The position numbers were made by a program, and so were the translations under genes. From a virus: 61,265 nt of DNA. The stretch spans positions 1 to 61,265 of the IMG/VR virus record IMGVR_UViG_3300045988_080771, one strand, 5' to 3'. Shown in pieces: positions 32,880 through 40,744 of the stretch. A model generated the notes under the pieces. It made no database searches, was not told where the DNA came from, and saw nothing but the letters and a program-made list of their open reading frames with translations. The stretch's first letter is position 1. Each line of letters starts with the position of its first letter.

Positions 32880-34229
32880 GTGTCGAATTTACCGGACCGA
32901 TTAATTAATGCGTGGAATGCTTTCCGTAAGCTTCCGACTGTTTATAATCCATTATTGGGTCCTGGTACTGGCTATCGTCCTGATCGAAATTATCTTTCGC
33001 CTCGAAGTGAACGTTCGATGATATCGGCAATGTATAATCGTATTGCGATTGATGTTGCTGCAGTTAACATCGAACATGTTCGAGTCGATAAAGAGGATCA
33101 TTATGAGGAAACGATATCTAGCGGATTGAATGATTGCCTGAAATACAGTGCAAACATCGATCAGTCTGGTCGTGAATTCGTAATGGATATTGTCCTCACT
33201 ATGATGGATGAAGGTGTTGCAGCCGTTGTTCCTGTCGATCTGGATGTAAGTCCTGTTGAGAATAACAGCTATGACATCAAAACCATGCGAGTCGGAAAGA
33301 TTCGAGAATGGTTCCCAGATTCTGTACGAGTTGATCTATATAATGATCGAACCGGTCGACGCGAGGAAATTACAGTTCCAAAGAGTATGACTGCGATCAT
33401 TCAGAATCCGCTCTATGCAGTAATGAATGAACCAAATTCAACACTTCAGCGTCTTATTCATAAGCTGGCACTGCTTGATGTTATCGATGAGCAATCCGGT
33501 TCTGGTAAACTGGATCTTATTATTCAGTTACCATATGTTATTAAGACTGAAGCCCGAAGACAACAGGCCGAAGAACGTCGAAAGCAGATCGAACAGCAGT
33601 TGAAAGATTCCAAATACGGAATCGCATACACTGATGGTACTGAACATATTACTCAGTTGAATCGATCTGTGGAGAACAATCTTCTCGATCAGGTTAAATA
33701 CCTTGAAACCAAATTATATGGTCAGATGGGTGTTTCTGAGAATGTTCTCAATGGAACGGCAAATGAAGAAGAGATGCTCAATTATTATAATCGAACTCTC
33801 GAACCGATTCTGTCATCCATTACCGACAATATGACGAGAACCTTTCTTACCAAAACGGCGAGAACTCAAGGTCAGCGTGTCAAGTTCTTCCGTGATCCAT
33901 TCCGTTTAATCGAATCCTCCACTCTTGCTGAGTTGGCGGATAAATTTACTCGAAATGAAATTATGTCTTCGAATGAATTCCGTGCCGTTATTGGTCTTCA
34001 CAAGTCTGATGATCCTAAGGCTGATCAACTTATCAATTCCAACCTGAATCAGGCAAGTGATCAAAATAGTAATTATACTGCAGACCCATCAGATTCTGGA
34101 ATGTATGAAGAAGGCGACGAGCCTGCGGATGACCAGATCTCTGAGGATGAATATAACGAAGCCAATAGCCAACTCGATGAACTCGATAAGCTATTGGACG
34201 AGCTGACTAAGCAGGTGCAAGGTGCCTGA
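32880..34229 (+). CDS. portal protein
   Basis: 449 aa; GTG start 8 nt after AGGAGG; position between terminase and capsid; acidic C-terminus. Confidence 0.6.
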   Translation: MSNLPDRLINAWNAFRKLPTVYNPLLGPGTGYRPDRNYLSPRSERSMISAMYNRIAIDVAAVNIEHVRVDKEDHYEETISSGLNDCLKYSANIDQSGREFVMDIVLTMMDEGVAAVVPVDLDVSPVENNSYDIKTMRVGKIREWFPDSVRVDLYNDRTGRREEITVPKSMTAIIQNPLYAVMNEPNSTLQRLIHKLALLDVIDEQSGSGKLDLIIQLPYVIKTEARRQQAEERRKQIEQQLKDSKYGIAYTDGTEHITQLNRSVENNLLDQVKYLETKLYGQMGVSENVLNGTANEEEMLNYYNRTLEPILSSITDNMTRTFLTKTARTQGQRVKFFRDPFRLIESSTLAELADKFTRNEIMSSNEFRAVIGLHKSDDPKADQLINSNLNQASDQNSNYTADPSDSGMYEEGDEPADDQISEDEYNEANSQLDELDKLLDELTKQVQGA

Positions 34230-35016
34230 CAGTATTGCGCATTACGCTAGTCCATACTATGATCCTGTCAAAGCTCATGAGTATTACGAGCGAACCAAAA
34301 AGCTCAAGGGCCGAAAGACCGGAACGTCTTTGAACGATGCCGGTAAGGAAGCCAAGACTTATGTGCGGAATAGGATCAATGCCAAACGAGATCAGGACCT
34401 TAAGAATGCTGAATCTCAGTCCAAGAAAAGGACCGAGGAACGTAAGAAGAGCGCTGAACGTGAAACTTATGACAACATTCGAAAGGAATCTGAGGAGCTT
34501 GGTAAAAAACTTGATGCATTGATCTCAATGACTTCGAAGCTTGACGGACCATCACTTCGTGCAAACAAGAAACGTATACTCGCTGTTGTTAATTCATTGG
34601 CAGCAAAGAATAAACAGTCTCGAACGAAATTGATTTCTTTGTATAAGACCAATAAGACTAAGATTAACACAGAGGAACGTGAGAAACTTACAGCTGAGAA
34701 GAAGAAGATTCGTTCTGATGCAACGAATACTTATAAATCAGAGGTTGAGAAGATTCAAGGCGATTCTGAGTTTCAGTCCACCAAGAAGACCAAATCCGCT
34801 TCTAAGAAGAAATCAAATGTTTCTTCCGGAAAGTCAAGTGGTACTTCAAGGAAGTCAAGCGGTACTTCAAAGAAATCCTCACGCAGAACTTCGAAGAAGG
34901 TCACTAATAAAGCATATAATGCTCGTATGGAGGCTGGTCATAAGAAGGCTGCTGAGAATTATGCTCGTTGGCAGAAAGAACGTGCTGCTTTAAAAAATAA
35001 CAATAAGAAGAAGTAA
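34222..35016 (+). CDS. highly basic Lys/Ser-rich protein (264 aa; scaffold or internal DNA-binding protein candidate)
   Basis: GTG start overlapping the portal stop; N-terminus PDSIAHYASPYYDP; repeats SSGKSSGTSRKSSGTSKKSS. Confidence 0.55.
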   Translation: MPDSIAHYASPYYDPVKAHEYYERTKKLKGRKTGTSLNDAGKEAKTYVRNRINAKRDQDLKNAESQSKKRTEERKKSAERETYDNIRKESEELGKKLDALISMTSKLDGPSLRANKKRILAVVNSLAAKNKQSRTKLISLYKTNKTKINTEEREKLTAEKKKIRSDATNTYKSEVEKIQGDSEFQSTKKTKSASKKKSNVSSGKSSGTSRKSSGTSKKSSRRTSKKVTNKAYNARMEAGHKKAAENYARWQKERAALKNNNKKK

Positions 35017-35018
35017 TT

Positions 35019-37004
35019 ATGCCAAAACCTGATTTTAGTGGCTATGCCACTCGAAATAATATTCAGTGTGCTGATGGCAAGATCATTGCCAGGAATGCAT
35101 TCATTGATCAGGATGGAACCCGGGTTCCTTTGGTCTATATGCACGACCATAATGATCCAATGAATATCTTGGGGCACGCTGATCTTGAAAATCGTGAAGA
35201 TGGTGTCTATTGCTATGGGTATCTCAACAATACCCCGAATGCTCAGGTTATGCGTGAGCAGATTGAGCATGGTGATGTCAATAGTCTTTCCATCTTTGCA
35301 AATCATTTGAAGCACAATGCAAATGTGATTACCCATGGTGAGATCAAGGAAGTGAGTCTTGTTCTTGCTGGCGCTAATCCTGGTGCTTACATTGAAAATG
35401 TCTCCATTCAGCATGGTGACTATTCTGATGAATTCGATGAAGCTATCATCTATTCGGATGATGATCTCGATTCTGAGGAAGAAGTCGAAGACGAAACCGC
35501 CGATGAAGAAGAGTTTGAACATGATGACACTTCTGACGATTCGGAGGAGTCCGATGATTCCAAAGATCAGACTGTTGCTGAAGTTCTTGACTCTATGAAT
35601 CAGGAACAGCAGTCGGTCGTCTTCGCTCTTATCGATATGGCTAAGAAGGGTATTAAACCTTCTGATACTGTCGAGCATTCCGATGACGGTGGAAAGACCG
35701 TCGGTGAAGTATTCGATAGCATGACCGATCTGCAGCGTAACGTTGCTTATGCTCTTATCTCTAAAGCTATCGATGGCGATTCTTCTGATTCGGACGATCA
35801 GACGGACGCTCAAAATGAGAAGAATTCGTCCGATGAAGCAAAACATTCTGACTTTGAAGGAGCAGATGATATGCATACTAATGTATTCGAAGGTACTAAC
35901 GCCAATGACGAGGTGGACTACACCACTCTGAGCCATGCTGATATGGCCGAAATGATTAAGGACGCTGAGCATGTCGGCTCTATGCGTGCCTATTTCAAGA
36001 ATATGACTGATCCGGATACTGGTGAGGTCACTCTTGCCCATGATGATACCCATATCTATGGTATCCAGAATATTGACGTTCTTTTCCCGGATGCCAAGGC
36101 AATCCGAAATACTCCGGATTTCTATAAGCGTCGCACTGAGTGGGTGAACGGGGTCCTTAACGGTACTACCCATGTTCCGTTCTCTCGTATCAAGTCGATG
36201 TATGCTGATATTACCAAGGATGAGGCTCGTGCAAAGGGTTATACCCTCGACCGTAATAAGAACAATCGTAAGACTGAGGAAGTCTTCAATGTTCTGAAGC
36301 GTACTACCGAACCGCAGACCGTCTATAAGAAGCAGAAGCTCGATCGTGATGATATCATTGATATTACCGATTTCGATGTGGTTGCTTGGCTTAAGGTCGA
36401 AATGCGTGTCATGTTCGATGAGGAAATTGCCCGTGCAATCCTCATTGGTGACGGTCGTGATTCTTCTTCTGTGGATAAGATCCGTACTGATCGCATTCGT
36501 CCTATTGCATTTGATGATGATCTCTATACCATCAAGAAGACCCTTAGCAAGAAGTTCGATCTGACTGGCGACATTCAGACTCGTACCGCTAAGGCGCTCG
36601 AGCTTGTTGATGCCGTCACCGAGGCTCAGGTGGATTACCAGGGCTCTGGAACTCCGACTCTGTATGCCGCTCCGAAGATGATCGCAGCTATGCTGACTTG
36701 CCGCGATACTCTTAACCATCGTCTGTGGAGGACCCGTGCCGATCTGGCAGCTGAGCTGAATGTCTCCAACATTGTCGATGTCCCGGTCATGGAAACCGCT
36801 AAGGATTCTGATGGTAATCCGCTCCTCGGTATCATCGTGAATCTTCGTGATTACACTGTCGGTGCTGATAAGGGTGGTTCGATTTCGATGTTCGATGATT
36901 TCGATATTGATTTCAACCAGCAGGTATATCTGATGGAATCTCGTGCTTCGGGTGCTCTTACTTATCCGAAGTCTGCGATTGCGCTGTTCTCCCCAAAAGC
37001 GTGA
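35019..37004 (+). CDS. fusion of an HK97-type prohead protease (S78), an acidic linker and an HK97-fold major capsid protein
   Basis: N-terminal ~125 aa is S78-like (PLVYMHDHNDP..., SLSIFAN, EVSLVLAGANPGAYI). aa ~130-290 is D/E/S-rich. C-terminal ~360 aa is capsid-like (KQKLDRDDIIDITDFDVVAWLKVEMR..ILIGDGR). Confidence 0.7.
   Translation: MPKPDFSGYATRNNIQCADGKIIARNAFIDQDGTRVPLVYMHDHNDPMNILGHADLENREDGVYCYGYLNNTPNAQVMREQIEHGDVNSLSIFANHLKHNANVITHGEIKEVSLVLAGANPGAYIENVSIQHGDYSDEFDEAIIYSDDDLDSEEEVEDETADEEEFEHDDTSDDSEESDDSKDQTVAEVLDSMNQEQQSVVFALIDMAKKGIKPSDTVEHSDDGGKTVGEVFDSMTDLQRNVAYALISKAIDGDSSDSDDQTDAQNEKNSSDEAKHSDFEGADDMHTNVFEGTNANDEVDYTTLSHADMAEMIKDAEHVGSMRAYFKNMTDPDTGEVTLAHDDTHIYGIQNIDVLFPDAKAIRNTPDFYKRRTEWVNGVLNGTTHVPFSRIKSMYADITKDEARAKGYTLDRNKNNRKTEEVFNVLKRTTEPQTVYKKQKLDRDDIIDITDFDVVAWLKVEMRVMFDEEIARAILIGDGRDSSSVDKIRTDRIRPIAFDDDLYTIKKTLSKKFDLTGDIQTRTAKALELVDAVTEAQVDYQGSGTPTLYAAPKMIAAMLTCRDTLNHRLWRTRADLAAELNVSNIVDVPVMETAKDSDGNPLLGIIVNLRDYTVGADKGGSISMFDDFDIDFNQQVYLMESRASGALTYPKSAIALFSPKA
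36992..36998 (+). promoter_or_regulatory. candidate -1 programmed frameshift heptamer C_CCA_AAA
   Basis: Zero-frame codons are tcC CCA AAA gcg tga. A -1 slip reads ccc aaa agc gtg acg..., which is the frame of ORF 37001..37318. Confidence 0.45.
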
Positions 37005-37318
37005 CGCCTTCGGGGCCTAGCGAAGACACGCTTGGCACGCTCACTGTTAATGCTGTCGCCACTTCCGGCGGCCAGATCATTACTGTGAGCCCGAAGGCAA
37101 CCAGTGGTAATACCAATCGTTACCGACTTACTCCGAAGGGGAGTGAACCCACTGTTAATTACGGAACCGCTTGTGCGTTGACGGATCATTGGGTCGATCT
37201 CCCTGAGAATGGTAAGGTGACCGGAACTGAAGGTTACACGATTACCGTAGTCGAAGTCAACTCGCTTGATAAGGCAGTAAAGAAGGGTAGCACTACTCTT
37301 CCGGCTCAGGGTGCGTGA
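37001..37318 (+). CDS. Ig-like / decoration domain ORF (105 aa), probably a frameshift extension of the capsid protein
   Basis: No Shine-Dalgarno sequence; nominal GTG overlaps the capsid stop; beta-rich sequence TLTVNAVATSGGQIITVSP...YTITVVEV. Confidence 0.5.
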   Translation: MTPSGPSEDTLGTLTVNAVATSGGQIITVSPKATSGNTNRYRLTPKGSEPTVNYGTACALTDHWVDLPENGKVTGTEGYTITVVEVNSLDKAVKKGSTTLPAQGA

Positions 37319-37327
37319 TAAAAAGAC

Positions 37328-37678
37328 ATGAGGTTCTGCGGTAAGATTGGCTATGCACCAGAACAAGTCGAGACTTCGCCTGGTGTTTATGAAGAAAAGA
37401 TCGTAGAACACGTGTATAGAGGTGATGTTACTCGTAACACCCGTCGTCTCGAATCAGATGATAAGGTGAACGACAGCATCACCTCTAACAATACCATCAG
37501 CATTATGGCTGATGCATATGCGTACGATCATTTCTATGACATGCGCTATGTTGAATGGCAGGGTGCAAAATGGAAAGTCACAAATGTGGAAGTCCAGCAT
37601 CCTAGGTTGATTCTTACAATTGGAGGATTGTATAATGAACATGGAACGTCGTCTGATGCTTCACAATCTTCTGATTGA
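37328..37678 (+). CDS. putative head-closure / head-tail adaptor protein (116 aa)
   Basis: Position and size; C-terminal pattern YVEWQGAKWKVTNVEV..RLILTI. Confidence 0.35.
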   Translation: MRFCGKIGYAPEQVETSPGVYEEKIVEHVYRGDVTRNTRRLESDDKVNDSITSNNTISIMADAYAYDHFYDMRYVEWQGAKWKVTNVEVQHPRLILTIGGLYNEHGTSSDASQSSD

Positions 37679-37967
37679 TGCTTATAGGCGTGCTTATCCG
37701 AACGTTGAAAAGCCGCCTATTTATTTTCAACCACCATCCAATACGAAGATGACCTATCCGTGCATAATCTATTCACGAGATAGTGCCGATACGAAGTTCG
37801 CCAATAATAATATTTGGCGTTACACACAACGTTACCAGATTATTATTATTGACCCAAAACCGGATACGCCATTGTTTGATGAAATCTCGCAATTTAAGAT
37901 GTGTCTTTTCGAAAGACACTATGTTGCTGATAATTTGAATCATGATGTATTCACTATTTATTATTAA
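37635..37967 (+). CDS. putative tail-completion / neck protein (110 aa)
   Basis: ATG 8 nt after GGAGG; position just upstream of the major tail protein. Confidence 0.35.
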   Translation: MNMERRLMLHNLLIDAYRRAYPNVEKPPIYFQPPSNTKMTYPCIIYSRDSADTKFANNNIWRYTQRYQIIIIDPKPDTPLFDEISQFKMCLFERHYVADNLNHDVFTIYY

Positions 37968-37978
37968 GGAGGAATATT

Positions 37979-38725
37979 ATGGTTAGTAATAGCCTTGATA
38001 CCGTTACTCCAACTCTAGATTCCAATCCAAAGGAGACTGTTGTGGCTGACAAGAAAATTGTGTGGGATAAGTCTGGCTCTCGTTACTATGAGACCGGTAC
38101 TTCTAAGGGTGTTCTGTACCCAATGACTACTGCTGGATCTTATGGCGATGGTGTTGCTTGGAATGGCCTGACTGCCGTCACCGAATCCCCGTCTGGTGCT
38201 GAGGCAAATGACCTGTATGCCGATGACATCAAGTATGCTACCCTTCGTTCTGCTGAGACCTGGGGCGGCACAATTGAAGCTTACACCTATCCGGAAGAAT
38301 TCGCTGCTTGCGACGGTTCTGCTTCTCCGGCTAATGTTAAGGGTGTCTACATTGGTCAGCAGAAGCGTAATGGTTTCGGTTTCTCTTATGTGACTCAGGT
38401 CGGTAACGATACTGCAACTGAGTCCGATGATGGTTATAAGCTCCATCTTGTTTATGGTCTGACTGCTTCCCCGTCTGAGAAGTCTTACGCGACCATTAAT
38501 GATTCGCCGGATGCTATCACTTTCTCTTGGGAAGTGTCTTCGACTCCGGTTGATGTTGATGGTTATAAGCCGGTTTCTACCATTACCATTGACACCACTA
38601 AGCTCGATGAGACTGGTCAGACCAACCTGGCCAAGCTCGAGGACATTCTTTATGGCAAGGGTGAGGTCGCTCCGCGTCTTCCGCTGCCGACGGAAGTGCT
38701 CACTACCATGGGTCAGGTTGCTTGA
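37979..38725 (+). CDS. major tail (tube) protein
   Basis: 248 aa; resembles the phi13-type major tail family (GVLYPM...AWNGLTAVTESPSGAE...LYADD); position. Confidence 0.65.
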   Translation: MVSNSLDTVTPTLDSNPKETVVADKKIVWDKSGSRYYETGTSKGVLYPMTTAGSYGDGVAWNGLTAVTESPSGAEANDLYADDIKYATLRSAETWGGTIEAYTYPEEFAACDGSASPANVKGVYIGQQKRNGFGFSYVTQVGNDTATESDDGYKLHLVYGLTASPSEKSYATINDSPDAITFSWEVSSTPVDVDGYKPVSTITIDTTKLDETGQTNLAKLEDILYGKGEVAPRLPLPTEVLTTMGQVA

Positions 38726-38743
38726 TCTAAAAGGATTGATCTA

Positions 38744-39292
38744 ATGCTCAAGATTGACTATACAATTCCGGCTACTGAATATTATGATGAAGTTATTGAA
38801 GAGTTTGTTACGTTCGATTCCAGATCGATTCATGTCTCTCTTGAGCATTCATTAGTCGCAATTTCAAAATGGGAAGCTAAATACCATAAACCGTTTCTTT
38901 CGAATGACGAAAAGACTTCGGAGGAAACGCTTGACTATATTTGCATGATGGATCCAAGCGAAAGTCTTACAATTCCAGATTTACATAGACTTCCAGCAAA
39001 GATAATGCTAAAAATCCAAAACTATATTCAGGATCCAATGACTGCTACCACATTCTCAAGTAATCGTCAATCTGGACGAGAGATTCTTACTTCCGAAGTG
39101 ATCTATTACGACATGATAGCAGCTCAAATTCCATTCGAATGTCAATATTGGCATTTAAATCGTTTACTTACATTGTTGCGTGTTTGCTCAATCAAGAATG
39201 GTCCGCAAAAGAAGATGTCGAAGAGTGAGATTTTGGCTCGAAATCGAGCCCTAAATGCACAACGTCGAGCAAAGATGCATACGAAAGGTTAA
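38744..39292 (+). CDS. putative tail assembly chaperone
   Basis: Position after the tube gene; recalled family pattern SKWE..YHKPFL...MTATT...EVIYYDMI..IP.E.QYWHLNRLLTL. Confidence 0.45.
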   Translation: MLKIDYTIPATEYYDEVIEEFVTFDSRSIHVSLEHSLVAISKWEAKYHKPFLSNDEKTSEETLDYICMMDPSESLTIPDLHRLPAKIMLKIQNYIQDPMTATTFSSNRQSGREILTSEVIYYDMIAAQIPFECQYWHLNRLLTLLRVCSIKNGPQKKMSKSEILARNRALNAQRRAKMHTKG

Positions 39293-39294
39293 TC

Positions 39295-40353
39295 ATGAAG
39301 TCTTGGGAAACTCTTGACGCTGATAAGGTCAAGATTATCAATACTCATTTCACTCCGGGACGTTCCGGAAATTCTATTCGTTATATTGTGGTTCATCATA
39401 ATGGCGGAAATCTGACTACTGAAGGCTGCTATAACGTCTGGCAGACCCGTGAGGCTTCTGCTCATTATCAGGTCGAAGCTAATGGCACAATCGGCCAGCT
39501 TGTCTGGGATAAAGACACTGCTTGGCACGCTGGAAACTGGAATGCCAATATCCAGTCCATTGGTATCGAGCACGCTGATGATTCAACTTCTCCGTGGCAT
39601 ATCTCCGATGCGACTCTGGATAATGGTGCACATCTCGTTGCTGCACTCTGCAAGTACTACAAGCTTGGTCGGCCGCAATGGGGTGTCAACGTCTTCCCTC
39701 ATAGCCATTTCTCTTCCACCGCCTGCCCGGCATCTATTGCTGGAAATCAGCGCGATGCATATATGGCGAAGGCTCAGGCATACTATGATTCTATGACTGG
39801 CTCTAAGCCTTCTCCAACTCCTATTAAGCCTGCAACTACTCCAACTGCTTCTCAGACCGGTTCTATTAATGCTGGTTCTTATACAGTTGTTGTTGATCAG
39901 CTCCACGTTCGTTCTGGTGCATCGACTTCGGCGTCTGTTGTTGCAACCTATACCCGTAATCAGATTGTCAATCTCGATGGCTGGATGACTGTTGCCGATG
40001 GATATAAGTGGGGTCGTTATACTGCATACAGCGGTGCGACTCGCTACATCGCTCTCGGAACGGCTGATGGTTCTCAGACCTATCTTTCAATTGGATCCGT
40101 TCCGTCTGTTGCCAATACCGTTAGCGCTGGGACTTATCGTGTTGCTGTCGAGGCTCTGAACGTTCGTTCTGCTCAGTCTCTGGCATCTACGGTCGTCGCA
40201 ACCTATCGTTCTGGTCAGACTGTGATCCTCGACGGTTGGAGCGGAATCCATGACGGATATCTGTGGGGTCGTTACACCGCATACAGCGGTGCGCTTCGTT
40301 ACATTGCAGTCGGAACCGCTGACGGATCTACTCGCTATCTGACGAAGATCTGA
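39295..40353 (+). CDS. N-acetylmuramoyl-L-alanine amidase (amidase_2/PGRP) with two SH3b-type repeats
   Basis: IRYIVVHHNGG...AHYQV...AWHAGNWNANIQSIGIEH, plus two ~75-aa repeats (G.Y.V....L.VRS.......VVATY...Q.V.LDGW......Y.WGRYTAYSGA.RYIA.GTADGS..YL). Confidence 0.85.
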   Translation: MKSWETLDADKVKIINTHFTPGRSGNSIRYIVVHHNGGNLTTEGCYNVWQTREASAHYQVEANGTIGQLVWDKDTAWHAGNWNANIQSIGIEHADDSTSPWHISDATLDNGAHLVAALCKYYKLGRPQWGVNVFPHSHFSSTACPASIAGNQRDAYMAKAQAYYDSMTGSKPSPTPIKPATTPTASQTGSINAGSYTVVVDQLHVRSGASTSASVVATYTRNQIVNLDGWMTVADGYKWGRYTAYSGATRYIALGTADGSQTYLSIGSVPSVANTVSAGTYRVAVEALNVRSAQSLASTVVATYRSGQTVILDGWSGIHDGYLWGRYTAYSGALRYIAVGTADGSTRYLTKI

Positions 40354-40363
40354 AAGGTTCAAA

Positions 40364-40744
40364 ATGGGAATAGAAGTTGATAGTATCGGCGAATTCAAAG
40401 ACACTCAGAAATGGCTCAAAGAGATGTCGAATAAATCGTACATCAAACAGCTTGATCAATATGGTCGTCGTGGTGTCGATGCATTGTCAGCAGCTACTCC
40501 TTATGACACCGGAACTACTGCTGTATCCTGGAGTTATGACATACAGGAGACAAGTTCCGGTGTCACTATAAACTGGTATAATTCCAACATAAACGATGGT
40601 GTGAACATCGCAATCATTATTCAATACGGACATGGTACTGGAACCGGTGGCTATGTGCAAGGCCGCGACTATATAAATCCGGCATTGCAACCGCTATTCG
40701 ATCAAATGTCCGAGGCTGTACGAAGGGTGGTGGCAAATGGCTAA
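40364..40744 (+). CDS. HK97 gp10-family protein
   Basis: SAATPYDTGTTAVSW...IIIQYGHG. Confidence 0.5.
   Translation: MGIEVDSIGEFKDTQKWLKEMSNKSYIKQLDQYGRRGVDALSAATPYDTGTTAVSWSYDIQETSSGVTINWYNSNINDGVNIAIIIQYGHGTGTGGYVQGRDYINPALQPLFDQMSEAVRRVVANG

Noticed and set aside
34959-36719. 586-aa ORF on the minus strand, the longest antisense ORF in the track
   Set aside because: It lies exactly antisense to the protease-capsid gene, which has clear family motifs. Its translation is low-complexity and Ile/Leu/Ser-rich, with no RBS, and no other gene in the genome is on the minus strand. It is a shadow ORF of a GC-richer coding region.
38744-39292. Canonical G/GT-type -1 frameshift at the end of the tail chaperone gene
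   Set aside because: I found no slippery heptamer near the 3' end, and the downstream sequence is the separately initiated amidase gene. No frameshift is called here.
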